DNA of 64,000 nucleotides, from the NCBI GenBank assembly GCA_047610385.1, contig JBLGAC010000008.1:23455-87454 (forward strand), written 5' to 3'. This stretch comes from Paracoccaceae bacterium (GTDB taxonomy: Bacteria > Pseudomonadota > Alphaproteobacteria > Rhodobacterales > Rhodobacteraceae). Numbering within the stretch: position 1 is the first letter of the stretch; every line of letters starts with the position of its first letter. This document shows, piece by piece, positions 31,991 through 41,322 of this stretch. The position numbers and the translations under genes are program-made. The notes under the pieces are model-generated. The model did not search any database. It saw nothing but the letters and a program-made list of their open reading frames with translations, and was not told the origin of the DNA.

Positions 31991-32362
31991 ATGGCGGCGA
32001 AGAAAGTGCTGATTGCGGAGGACGAACCGCACATCGTTGAATCGCTTACATTTTTGCTCAACAGAGAGGGCTTTGATGTTTCTTCTGCCGGGGATGGAGA
32101 GACGGCATTTCTGTGCCTCGAAGAAAATCCGCCGGACTTGATGATCCTCGACGTTATGCTGCCGCGGATGAACGGGTTCGAAGTGCTGCGCCGTGTGCGC
32201 GCCGATCCACGCCTGCGCGCCCTGCCGGTGATCATGCTGACCGCCAAGGGCCAGCACCAGGATCGCCAGCGCGCTGATGAAATCGGTGCTGATGCCTTCA
32301 TCACCAAGCCTTTCTCCAACCGCGAGGTGGTGGACCGGGTCCGCGCCCTCGTCGCTGAATGA
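31991..32362 (+). CDS. Single-domain response regulator (receiver only)
   Basis: VLIAEDE, LMILDVMLP, MLTAK, FITKPF; 123 aa with no output domain. Confidence 0.93.
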   Translation: MAAKKVLIAEDEPHIVESLTFLLNREGFDVSSAGDGETAFLCLEENPPDLMILDVMLPRMNGFEVLRRVRADPRLRALPVIMLTAKGQHQDRQRADEIGADAFITKPFSNREVVDRVRALVAE

Positions 32363-32380
32363 TGGTTGGATGAGCGTCGG

Positions 32381-32749
32381 ATGACGGTCCCGCCGCCCCT
32401 TTTGACGGACCGTGCGCCTGACCCGGTCGCGCCCAGCTTTACGCCCCGCCTCAAACCCCGGCGCGCGCAGGCGCTGGCCGCCGTCGTGCCGGTGCTGGGC
32501 GCCTTTCTGCTGATGCCGCCTTACATCACCGTCTTCGCCGCGCCTGAAACGGTGTTTGGCGTGCCTTTGATCCTCGCCTATCTGATGGTGGTCTGGGTCG
32601 GGCTGATCTTCAGCGCCTGGCGTCTGTCGGGCCGCCTGCGCCGCAGGTTGGAGCTGAACGCGCCCCGCCCGCGCCTGGCCCCCGGGCCGCCCCGCGCCGC
32701 CGATTCCGCGGTCGATCCCGCCGTCGATTTTGGGGCGCCGGATCCATGA
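32381..32749 (+). CDS. Small two-TM membrane protein coupled to the sensor kinase
   Basis: VPVLGAFLLMPPYI...FGVPLILAYLMVVWVGLI; its stop overlaps the kinase ATG (ATGA). Start may be the TTG at 32366. Confidence 0.75.
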   Translation: MTVPPPLLTDRAPDPVAPSFTPRLKPRRAQALAAVVPVLGAFLLMPPYITVFAAPETVFGVPLILAYLMVVWVGLIFSAWRLSGRLRRRLELNAPRPRLAPGPPRAADSAVDPAVDFGAPDP

Positions 32750-35433
32750 CGCTGACGCCGAACCTCGTGATCTTTGTCTGCGTTGTATATGTGGCGTTCC
32801 TGTTCGGGGTCGCGGCATGGGCGGATCGGCTGACGCGGCTGGGGCGCGGCAAGATCCTGCAATCACCGCTGGTCTACACGCTGTCGATTTCGGTCTATTG
32901 CACCAGCTGGACGTTTTATGGCGCGGTCGGGTCTGCGGCGCGCACGGGGCTGGAATTCGTCACCATTTATCTGGGCCCCACGCTGGTTTTTGTTGGTTGG
33001 TGGTGGCTGCTGCGCAAACTGGTGCGGATCGGGCGCAGCCAGCGGATCACCTCGGTGGCGGATCTTTTGTCGTCGCGCTACGGCAAATCGCCAACGCTGG
33101 CGGTGCTGGTGACGGTGATCGCGGTGCTCGCCAGCACGCCCTACATCGCGCTGCAATTGAAGGCGGTGACCGAAAGCTTTGCCATCGTCGGCGGCGAGGA
33201 ACTGGCCGGCGGCGTCGCCACCGCGTTCTGGGTTGCGGCGGGCATGGCGTCTTTCACCATCCTGTTCGGCACCCGCAACGTTGATGCGAATGAACGCCAT
33301 CACGGCGTCGTCGCCGCCATCGCGGTGGAGGCGGTGGTCAAGCTTTGCGCCCTCGTGGCGGTGGGCATCTTTGTGGTCTGGGGCGTTGGCGGCGGGGTGA
33401 GCGGCGCGCTGGAACGGATCCCCCCCGCGATGCTGAACCCCGACGAGGTGTTCGGCCCCCGCTGGGTGACGATCATGTTCCTCGCCGCCGCGGCGGTGAT
33501 CTGCCTGCCGCGCCAGTTTCAGGTGACGGTGGTGGAAAACGCGGATGAACGCCATCTGGCCACCGCATCATGGATGTTCCCGGCCTATCTGCTGCTGATT
33601 TCAATTTTCGTGCTGCCGATCGCCGGGGCGGGGCTGGCCGAATTGCCCGTGGGTTCGGACCCCGACATGTTCGTGCTGACCCTGCCATTGGCCTACGGGC
33701 AGGAGGAATTGGCCATCCTCGCCTTCATCGGCGGGTTTTCGTCGGCGACATCCATGGTCATCGTGGCGTCGATCGCGCTGTCGACCATGGTGTCGAACCA
33801 CATCGTGACGCCGCTGGCGCTGCGCGCGACCGGGGGGGCGGTGTTGCGCTCAGGCGACGTGCGGCGGTTGTTGCTGGTGTCGCGGCGCGGATCAATCATT
33901 GGCATCCTGCTGCTGGGCTTTTTCTACTACCGGATGACTGAGGGGTCGGGCTCCCTGTTCTCCTTTGGCCTGGTGGCATTTGTCGGGGTGGCACAGTTCG
34001 TGCCGGCGCTGATCTGCGGGCTTTATTGGCGCCAGGCCACCGGGCGCGGTGCGGTGGCAGGGCTGTCGGCGGGGGCGGCGGTCTGGCTTTATGCGCTGGT
34101 GCTGCCCAGTTTCGGCGGCTCTGCGCTGATGCCGGTTGAGGTGATCATGCATGGCCCCTGGGGCTTCACGCCGCTGCGCCCGCAGGCGCTGTTTGGCCTG
34201 CGCGACATGGATCCGCTGGTGCATGCGGTGTTCTGGTCGCTGTCGGTCAACGCCTTCTTGATGGTCGGGATCAGCCTGCTGCGCGAACCCAAGCCGATCG
34301 AATGGCTGCAATCGGCGCTGTTTGTTGACGTGTTCCGCACTGCGTCGGGGGATACGGACCGTTTCGTGCAACGCTCTGCTGCGACTGAGGATCTGTTCAT
34401 CCTCGCGCAGCGCATCCTTGGGGTTGAACCTGCGCAGCGCCTGTTCGCTGAGGCGGCGCGCGAACAAGGGCTGGCGGGCGGCCTGCCCGCGGCCACTGAC
34501 GTGTTCATCGCGCGGTTGGAGCGGCAATTGGCCGGGTCGGTGGGGGCGGCGTCGGCCCACGCGATGGTCAGTCAGGCGGCGGGCGGTGAGACGATTTCCC
34601 TGACCGAACTGATGCACATTGCCGATGAAACCGCCCAACTGGTGGAATACGCCGCGGAGGTGGAGCGCAAGTCTGACGAACTGCAAGCCGCCGCCAGCCA
34701 ACTGCGCGAGGCCAATGCGCAGCTTCGCGAACTGGACGCGCGCAAGGATGATTTCCTGAGCCAGGTGAGCCATGAGCTGCGCACCCCGATGACCGCCGTT
34801 CGATCGTTCTCAGAGATCCTGCTGGATGCGGATGACCTGAGCGCAGACCAGTCGCGGCGGTTTCTGTCGATCATCCATGACGAAAGCCTGCGCCTGACGC
34901 GGCTGTTGAACCAGATCCTGGAACTGAACGTGCTGGAGCGCGGCGAAGGCGCGATCCCGACCGCGCCTATGGATGCCTCAGAGGCGGTGCGCCGGGCGGT
35001 GGAAACAACCCGCGGCGTCGCACATGAGGCGAACGGGCGTCTGGAGCTTGGCCCCCTGCCGGTCCCTGCATGGGTGAAGGCGGAACCGGACCGCTTGGCG
35101 CAGGTCTTCATCAACCTCGTGTCCAATGCGCTGAAATACAACGATAAGGATCAGCCGATCGTCCAGGTCTCAGGCCGGATCGACGGCGATATGGTCCGCT
35201 ATGAAGTGCGCGACAACGGCCCCGGCGTGGCCGCGCAGGATCGTGATCGTATCTTCCTCAAATTCTCACGCGGGTGGGACCGCACTGACACTGGCGGCGC
35301 CGGGCTGGGGCTGGCGATTTCGCGGCAGATCACGCGGCGGTTCGGGGGGGATCTGACGCTGAAATGTGCAGGTGGCGGCGGCGAGGGCACTTGTTTCGAA
35401 GTGACGATCCCCCTGCTGGCGACACGGCCCTAG
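32746..35433 (+). CDS. Sodium:solute symporter (SLC5)-STAC-histidine kinase hybrid (CrbS/CbrA-like)
   Basis: YTLSISVYCTSWTFYGAVG, LPRQFQVTVVEN, STAC-like LAGSVGAASAHAM, HisKA VSHELRTP, HATPase NLVSNALKY / DNGPG / GAGLGL. Confidence 0.93.
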   Translation: MTLTPNLVIFVCVVYVAFLFGVAAWADRLTRLGRGKILQSPLVYTLSISVYCTSWTFYGAVGSAARTGLEFVTIYLGPTLVFVGWWWLLRKLVRIGRSQRITSVADLLSSRYGKSPTLAVLVTVIAVLASTPYIALQLKAVTESFAIVGGEELAGGVATAFWVAAGMASFTILFGTRNVDANERHHGVVAAIAVEAVVKLCALVAVGIFVVWGVGGGVSGALERIPPAMLNPDEVFGPRWVTIMFLAAAAVICLPRQFQVTVVENADERHLATASWMFPAYLLLISIFVLPIAGAGLAELPVGSDPDMFVLTLPLAYGQEELAILAFIGGFSSATSMVIVASIALSTMVSNHIVTPLALRATGGAVLRSGDVRRLLLVSRRGSIIGILLLGFFYYRMTEGSGSLFSFGLVAFVGVAQFVPALICGLYWRQATGRGAVAGLSAGAAVWLYALVLPSFGGSALMPVEVIMHGPWGFTPLRPQALFGLRDMDPLVHAVFWSLSVNAFLMVGISLLREPKPIEWLQSALFVDVFRTASGDTDRFVQRSAATEDLFILAQRILGVEPAQRLFAEAAREQGLAGGLPAATDVFIARLERQLAGSVGAASAHAMVSQAAGGETISLTELMHIADETAQLVEYAAEVERKSDELQAAASQLREANAQLRELDARKDDFLSQVSHELRTPMTAVRSFSEILLDADDLSADQSRRFLSIIHDESLRLTRLLNQILELNVLERGEGAIPTAPMDASEAVRRAVETTRGVAHEANGRLELGPLPVPAWVKAEPDRLAQVFINLVSNALKYNDKDQPIVQVSGRIDGDMVRYEVRDNGPGVAAQDRDRIFLKFSRGWDRTDTGGAGLGLAISRQITRRFGGDLTLKCAGGGGEGTCFEVTIPLLATRP

Positions 35434-35552
35434 ACGGGCCCGGTTGAGCGATGCCGCGGGCATTCTTCCAAGCATGGACGCCATTTGAAAGTGGCCATAA
35501 CCTAGCGTCAACTTAACGTGGATTTGAGTGTCTATTTCAGGCAATAAGATAA

Positions 35553-36128
35553 ATGCGTTATGTGTCCAGGGCTATGCTGTCCGCCGCCGCGATGTGTTTC
35601 ATCGCAGGCGCCGCAGAAGCCGCCGTCCATAAATACACCATCACTGGCGAAGCCTCCGGCATCTTCGCTGGCACGACCTTCAACGCCGCCACCTTTACCA
35701 TCAGCATCATGGCTGATGATGCGAATTTTTTCAACGTCAGCGCGACCACCTCCAGGTGCAGCCCTGTATTTGAGATCGCCGGATTTTACGACGCAACTGT
35801 CCTCGATGGTGCCGATTTAGGCTACAATTCCGACAATAACGCTGTTTTCATCTCGCATGATGCAAAAGCAGATATCTTCGATTTCTTCGTTCCATTCAGC
35901 TTTGTGTTGAACGTGACTTTCACCAATGTGCCCGGTACGGGGGGCTTTGCCCTCGGCCAGTTCAACAACGTCGCCACGACTGGTGGGGACCTGTCCTTTG
36001 ATACGTCCAGCGACGTGCTGTTCTCCACAAACTTCGTGGGCGCCAGCGTGCCGCTGCCCGGTGCAGGCCTTCTGCTGCTGGGCGGAATGGCGGCCTTCGC
36101 CGTGGTGGGGCGTCGCCGCGCCGCCTGA
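35553..36128 (+). CDS. Secreted VPLPA-CTERM sorting-domain protein 2
   Basis: Signal MRYVSRAMLSAAAMCFIAGAAEA; C-terminus VPLPGAGLLLLGGMAAFAVVGRRRAA; visibly lower GC. Confidence 0.9.
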   Translation: MRYVSRAMLSAAAMCFIAGAAEAAVHKYTITGEASGIFAGTTFNAATFTISIMADDANFFNVSATTSRCSPVFEIAGFYDATVLDGADLGYNSDNNAVFISHDAKADIFDFFVPFSFVLNVTFTNVPGTGGFALGQFNNVATTGGDLSFDTSSDVLFSTNFVGASVPLPGAGLLLLGGMAAFAVVGRRRAA

Positions 36129-36150
36129 TCGCAGGCCCTGCGTTTGATGC

Positions 36151-36185
36151 AAAAAAAAGGGCGGCCCGGCGGGCCGCCCTTTTTT
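36151..36185. terminator. Bidirectional intrinsic terminator
   Basis: A8-GGGCGGCCC-ggc-GGGCCGCCC-T6. Confidence 0.9.
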
Positions 36186-36206
36186 CTGTCGACCAAGCGC
36201 GCTGCG

Positions 36207-37532
36207 TCAGTCTGCCAGTCGCCCCGACAGCGAATTGGCCGCCGTGGCGATGATGTCCACTGGCACGATCTTGCCTGCCATGTCCGGCGAGATGTCCAGA
36301 TGCACCGCCTGCAGCCACGCAGACCGCCCGACCATCTGCCCCGGCATCCGCCCCGGTTTTTCGATCAGCACCGGCAGGCGTCGCCCGATCATCGACGTCT
36401 GGAAATCGCGCTGGTGCTCGGCAATCAGCGCCTGAAGACGCGACAAGCGTTCTGACATCACCGCCTCGGGCACTTGATCGGCGGCACCTGCCGCGGGCGT
36501 TCCGGGGCGCTGGGAATATTTGAATGAATAGGCCGCGGCATAGCGCACCTCGCGGCACAGGGCCAAAGTGGCCTCAACGTCCGCCTCCGTCTCGCCGGGG
36601 AACCCGACGATGAAATCACCGGACATGGCGATGTCGGGGCGAACCGCGCGGATCCGCTCAATCAGCCTCAGGTATTGATCGGCGGTGTGCCGCCGGTTCA
36701 TCGCCTTCAGGATCTTGTCTGATCCTGACTGAACCGGCAGGTGCAGATAGGGCATCAGCTTGGCTTCTTCGCCATGGGCGGCGATCAGGTCGTCGGACAT
36801 GTCGTTGGGGTGCGAGGTGGTGTAGCGGATCCGCTCCAGCCCCTCGATCTGCGCCAGGGCGCGCACCAGCCGCGCCAGCGACCAGTCCCCGTCTGCCGCG
36901 GCGCCGTGATAGGCGTTGACGTTCTGGCCCAGCAACGAGATTTCCACCACGCCGCGGTCCACCAGACGCTTGGCCTCGTCCAAAATGCGCAGCGCGGGCC
37001 GCGACACTTCGGACCCGCGCGTGTAAGGCACCACACAAAAGGCGCAGAACTTGTCGCAGCCTTCCTGCACCGTCAGAAAAGCTGCCGGGGCGCGGCGCAT
37101 GCGGGTGTCTTCGGGCAGGTGGTCGAATTTGTCCTCAGCCGGGAATTCGGTGTCCACGCCGCCGTTGCGCACCAGCGCGGGCAGGCGATGATAGGCCTGC
37201 GGGCCCACCACGAAATCAACCATGGGCTGGCGGCGGCGAATTTCCTCGCCCTCAGCCTGCGCGACGCAACCGGCGACGCCGATTTTCAGGTCCGGGCGCG
37301 CGATCTTCAGGGGGCGCAGGCGCCCAAGCGCTGAATAAACCTTCTCAGCCGCCTTTTCGCGGATGTGGCAGGTGTTGAGCAGGATGAGATCGGCGTCCTC
37401 CTGCACCTCCGTCAGTTCATACCCTTCGGGCGCCAGCGCGGCGGCCATCCGCTCGCTGTCATAGACGTTCATCTGGCACCCGTAGGTGCGCACGAACAGC
37501 TTGCGGGCATCCGGTTTGGGGGCGTCGGTCAT
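36207..37532 (-). CDS. miaB: tRNA (N6-isopentenyl adenosine(37)-C2)-methylthiotransferase
   Basis: [34 protein letters not shown] (radical SAM), [10 protein letters not shown]-terminal TRAM domain. Confidence 0.97.
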   Translation of the reverse strand: MTDAPKPDARKLFVRTYGCQMNVYDSERMAAALAPEGYELTEVQEDADLILLNTCHIREKAAEKVYSALGRLRPLKIARPDLKIGVAGCVAQAEGEEIRRRQPMVDFVVGPQAYHRLPALVRNGGVDTEFPAEDKFDHLPEDTRMRRAPAAFLTVQEGCDKFCAFCVVPYTRGSEVSRPALRILDEAKRLVDRGVVEISLLGQNVNAYHGAAADGDWSLARLVRALAQIEGLERIRYTTSHPNDMSDDLIAAHGEEAKLMPYLHLPVQSGSDKILKAMNRRHTADQYLRLIERIRAVRPDIAMSGDFIVGFPGETEADVEATLALCREVRYAAAYSFKYSQRPGTPAAGAADQVPEAVMSERLSRLQALIAEHQRDFQTSMIGRRLPVLIEKPGRMPGQMVGRSAWLQAVHLDISPDMAGKIVPVDIIATAANSLSGRLAD

Positions 37533-37574
37533 GACGGCGGCTCCTCGGGGTGGCGGTCGTGTTCAAAGGCGCGC

Positions 37575-37621
37575 AAAAAACAAAGGAGGCGATGCGCGGG
37601 CCACATCCGCGCATCGCCTCC
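37575..37621 (-). terminator. Intrinsic terminator after mucR
   Basis: Minus strand GGAGGCGATGCGCGG-7nt-CCGCGCATCGCCTCC then TTTGTTTTTT. Confidence 0.85.
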
Positions 37622-37681
37622 CCTTACCTGCCGCGCGGCCCGCCCGCAACATCAGGCGGTGCCGCGACGGGTCAGGCCGCC

Positions 37682-38104
37682 TCAGACCGCGGGTTTGCGC
37701 GGCTTGCGGCCGAGGCCGATCTGCTTGGCCAGTTCCTGACGCTTGCGCGCATAGGCCGGGGCGACCATCGGATAATCAGCCGACAGGCCCCATTTCGCGC
37801 GGTAATCTTCCGGCGTCAGATCATAGGCGGTCTTGAGGTGACGCTTGAGCATTTTCAGCTTCTTGCCGTCCTCGAGGCACACGATGAAGTCGTCGGTGAT
37901 CGACTTCTTGATCGGCACGGCGGGGATCAGCTCCAGCTTCTTCTCGGGCTGCTCATTGGCGAGCTCGGTCAGCTTTTCGAAAACCGAGTGGATGACGGCG
38001 GGAAGATCTGCCGCCGGAACCGGGTTATTCGCCACATGCGAAGAGACGATCTCCGATGTCAGCGCCAGGATCTCAGATTTGTCGATGATGGGGGTATCGG
38101 TCAT
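37682..38104 (-). CDS. mucR: MucR/Ros family transcriptional regulator
   Basis: IVSSHVANN, PAVPIKKSI, CLEDGKKLKMLKRHL, YPMVAPAYA...LAKQIGLG. Confidence 0.93.
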   Translation of the reverse strand: MTDTPIIDKSEILALTSEIVSSHVANNPVPAADLPAVIHSVFEKLTELANEQPEKKLELIPAVPIKKSITDDFIVCLEDGKKLKMLKRHLKTAYDLTPEDYRAKWGLSADYPMVAPAYARKRQELAKQIGLGRKPRKPAV

Positions 38105-38376
38105 GTTTGCCTCGTTTACTGAATTGTCGCGTCAATCGCATATGGCCACGGCTTGGTCGGATTAAATCCCTGAAATCTGACGGCTGATCACATGGCCAGA
38201 GTTATGATCTATTTAAAAAAAGAATTGGCGTCAATTGCTGATACCAACTTCTCTGCTCAATCCCCCCCAAACACCATGTGATGAAATAGTAAGGCAGGGT
38301 TCGCGTTTGGTTGGGGGTCTTTCATTTTGGTGATCATGCGCTAAAAAACCCGTTAGCACTTTTGGGGCGTGGGCAC

Positions 38377-38853
38377 TCAATCCAGCATCAGGCGCATGAC
38401 GACAGCATCAACGCGCGCGCCGGAAAGTCTTTTGAAATAGGCCTTTCGCTGGCCGACCTCCTGCCAACCTGCCATAGAATAGAGCTGCCTTGCAGGTGTA
38501 TTGTCTTGGGAAACCTCAAGAAAAGCCATAGCGGCCCCTTGTGCTGCCGCCTGCTTGGCGAAGCAAGCAAGCAGTGCGCGCGCCAGACCGCCACGCCGCG
38601 CTTCGGCCGCGGTCGCGAGGGTCAGCAGCTCCGCTTCGCCGCCATGGGCGCGGCCCAGCAGCATGGCCGCCTCGGCCGCGCCCGGCGCAGGGGCTGCGAT
38701 AAACAGGAAGCTTCCGGGTATCTCAAGAAGCGCGTCGAATTCGCCGGCCGACCAGCTTCTTTCGCGCCCGGCAAACCCGGCGGCGTGCAGCGATGCGGCG
38801 ATGGGTGCGTCGGTGGGGCCGCCCTGGCGCAAGACGGCACCGCCCTCAGCCAT
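38377..38853 (-). CDS. rimI: RimI-like GNAT acetyltransferase
   Basis: EAELLTLAT...RRGGLARALL...FLEVSQDNTPARQLY...RKAYF; follows tsaB. Confidence 0.8.
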   Translation of the reverse strand: MAEGGAVLRQGGPTDAPIAASLHAAGFAGRERSWSAGEFDALLEIPGSFLFIAAPAPGAAEAAMLLGRAHGGEAELLTLATAAEARRGGLARALLACFAKQAAAQGAAMAFLEVSQDNTPARQLYSMAGWQEVGQRKAYFKRLSGARVDAVVMRLMLD

Positions 38854-39571
38854 TCGGCAGCATTGCGGGCGGCCGATCCGACGAAGGTGCCGCATCCGCA
38901 GGGCGCAGATAGATCGGCGCAGGCCGCGCCATTGCGGCACCTGAGGCCAGCATCAGCACCGCCAACCGTGCGATTGTGCCGGGCGAGGGTGATTGCGCCA
39001 GCCGCCCGACCTTTGCACCGAACGGTGCGGCCAGAATTTCGGCTGCGGCACCCGCAGCGATGCCCGGCGACATATCGGCCAAGGCCGTCGCCATCAAGGC
39101 GGCCACCGTTTCAGGGGTGCCGGATGTCGGTTCGGTCAGCGGGATGGGACCATGAGGACCGAGGGCGAATGCCTGGGCGCAGATCTCATCCCGGCGGGTG
39201 GTGACGGCGACCAGCGCGGGCGCGCCGTCTGCACCCATCGCCTCAGCCGCCAGCGCGGCCAGCCGTCCGACCCCGATTGCCGGACGCCCGATCGCCAATG
39301 CCAGCCCCCGCGCACCACTGACGCCGATTCGCACGCCAGTGAAATTGCCCGGCCCGATGCAGACCGCGATGGCCGACAGATCGTCGGGGGCGATGCCGGC
39401 TTCGTCCATCACCTCACGCGCCAGGGGCATCAGGCGCTCTGCCTGCCCGCGGGTCATGTCCTCAGCCTGTGCTGCGGTCACGCGTCCGCCCGACATGACT
39501 GCGGCCGCGCAGAGCGCGGCCGAACTGTCGAGGGCCAGAATGACCTGCGGGCGGCCTGTGGCGTCAGGCAT
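38846..39571 (-). CDS. tsaB: tRNA threonylcarbamoyladenosine biosynthesis protein TsaB
   Basis: ILALDSS, GQAERLMP, GPGNFTGVRIG, PIYLRPADA. Confidence 0.92.
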   Translation of the reverse strand: MPDATGRPQVILALDSSAALCAAAVMSGGRVTAAQAEDMTRGQAERLMPLAREVMDEAGIAPDDLSAIAVCIGPGNFTGVRIGVSGARGLALAIGRPAIGVGRLAALAAEAMGADGAPALVAVTTRRDEICAQAFALGPHGPIPLTEPTSGTPETVAALMATALADMSPGIAAGAAAEILAAPFGAKVGRLAQSPSPGTIARLAVLMLASGAAMARPAPIYLRPADAAPSSDRPPAMLPNG

Positions 39572-40130
39572 GCGCGGCGACGGGGCGCACTTCGGTCACT
39601 TCGGGGATGTAGTGCTTCAGCAGGTTCTCGATGCCCATTTTCAGGGTCATGGTCGAAGACGGGCACCCTGCGCAGGCGCCCTGCATGGTCAAATAGACCA
39701 CGCCCTTTTCAAAACCGTGAAAGGTGATGTCGCCACCATCTTGGGCCACGGCGGGACGCACGCGGGTGTCGAGCAATTCCTTGATCTGGCTGACGATATC
39801 GCCATCCGGGCCGTCATGCTCGGCGTGGCCAACCGAGGTGTCGGCACCTTCGACCGCCTGATCGCCAGACTGGTAATGCTCCAGAATCGCGCCCAGCACG
39901 CCGGGCTTCAGATGTGCCCAGTCGCGGTCCTCAGCCTTGGTCACGGTGATGAAATCGGGGCCAAGAAACACGCCCTCAACCCCGTCCACGGCAAAGATGC
40001 GCCGCGCGAGCGGCGAGGCGGCGGCCTTTTCGCGTTCAGGAAAATCTGCGGCACCGGCGGGCATAACGGTCTGGCCGGGCAGGAATTTCAAGGTCGCGGG
40101 GTTCGGCGTGGATTCGGTCTGGATGAACAT
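39564..40130 (-). CDS. nfuA: NifU/NfuA family Fe-S carrier protein
   Basis: MFIQTESTPNPATLKFLPG, VRPAVAQDGGDI, GACAGCPSSTMTLK. Confidence 0.9.
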   Translation of the reverse strand: MFIQTESTPNPATLKFLPGQTVMPAGAADFPEREKAAASPLARRIFAVDGVEGVFLGPDFITVTKAEDRDWAHLKPGVLGAILEHYQSGDQAVEGADTSVGHAEHDGPDGDIVSQIKELLDTRVRPAVAQDGGDITFHGFEKGVVYLTMQGACAGCPSSTMTLKMGIENLLKHYIPEVTEVRPVAAHA

Positions 40131-40153
40131 GGCGGGGTCTCCTTCGCGCTGAG

Positions 40154-40194
40154 AAATGCGCTCTGTCGGATTGGAAATCAAGAATGATTCCGAA
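40154..40194 (-). promoter_or_regulatory. sigma32-like promoter overlapped by an Irr (ICE)-like box upstream of nfuA
   Basis: Minus strand CTTGAT-N15-GCGCATTT; TTCGGAA-TCA-TTCTTGA overlaps the -35 element. Confidence 0.4.
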
Positions 40195-40461
40195 CGCCCC
40201 CGGAGGCGGGCCCCAAGAACTAGCGCCGAGGTGGCGACGCCGGAGCGCCCCGGACCGCGTAGATCTGCAAGTCATCAGCCCATCGGAGGGCGTTGTCAAT
40301 GATTTCGTCGAAGCCTGCGCCAAGGTGGGCGACGCCGGAATTGAGGCACTCGCTATATGACTTCGGCGGCGGCGGTTCCGCGCCCGAACCGCAGTTTTCG
40401 GTCAGTCGCTGGTCTGCGCGAACCCGTGTCGGATGTGCATGCCGCGCGTCCGGCTGTCCGG

Positions 40462-41148
40462 TCAGGCGTCGCGGCGGCGACGGTGCAGGAAGGCGAAAGC
40501 ACCGAGGCTGCCGAGCAGCAGCATCGCGGCGGGGGGTGCGGGGACGTCGGCGGTGAGCGAGCCGTACTGCACATAGTCGAAGACGAGCCACTCGGTGCTG
40601 GTTAGCGTGAACTGCAAACTGCTAAAGGACGTGTCGCTGAACACGCCGAAAAAGCCGCCCGCCGTGAGGCCGCCGCCGCCTGCAGGCACCGGCCGGAAAA
40701 TGTTGATCAGTTCATTGCCTGCGGCGTCGGCGTAGTCGATCGTCGTCGCCAGTTTGTCGAAATTGGCCCACTCGATGGCGAAAGCGTTGATCGGCTGGAA
40801 AAAATCAAAATAGATCACGTCTGCGAGCGTTATGATGAATTCGTTGCCTCCGTCCTGCATTGCAAGCGTTTCAGGGCGCACATAAAACGAATTGGCTTGG
40901 TCACGGGTGAGGGCGAAGTCGTCAAAGACCAACGGCGGGGCGTAGCTCCCACGGGAGAGGGAGTTAAATCCCTCAGTCGACACCGTACCGCCGAAGGATT
41001 TGGCCCAGGCGGCCCGCTCAGCGCTGATCAGGGCCACGTCGGTCGGCCACTTGCCGTCAGCCACGAAATACGACGTTGCCGCCTACACGGCACCGGGCAG
41101 GCCAAGCAGCAGCGCCGCGGCGGAGAAAATTCCTGAATAGGAGGGCAT
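40462..41148 (-). pseudogene. VPLPA-CTERM sorting-domain protein 3 with an in-frame TAG in the signal peptide
   Basis: From the ATG at 41148 (GAGGG RBS): MPSYSGIFSAAALLLGLPGAV*AATSYFVADG...; stop at 41083-41085. The rest is intact and ends VPAPPAAMLLLGSLGAFAFLHRRRRDA. Confidence 0.85.
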
Positions 41149-41322
41149 GATGGACCCTCAATCATGTTCTGCTGAAATGATGAGTCGAATTGATTGGCAC
41201 GTTCTTGATAAAGGGTAACCCTTGCCGCACCGTCCGGCAAGCTTGCCGCGGGCGCGAAGGCGTTGCCCCGCCCACGCCCGGCGGACGGGCACCCGAAATC
41301 CGCGTCCGCACGCCTCATGCGA

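Noticed and set aside
40220-40460. Protein-like stretch SYSECLNSGVAHLGAGFDEIIDNALRWADD downstream of VPLPA-CTERM gene 3
   Set aside because: No credible start. It may be a decayed fragment but cannot be assigned without a search.
41194-41210. TGGCACGTTCTTGAT as a sigma54 promoter for VPLPA-CTERM gene 3
   Set aside because: Wrong strand, spacing off by one, and no -12 GC.
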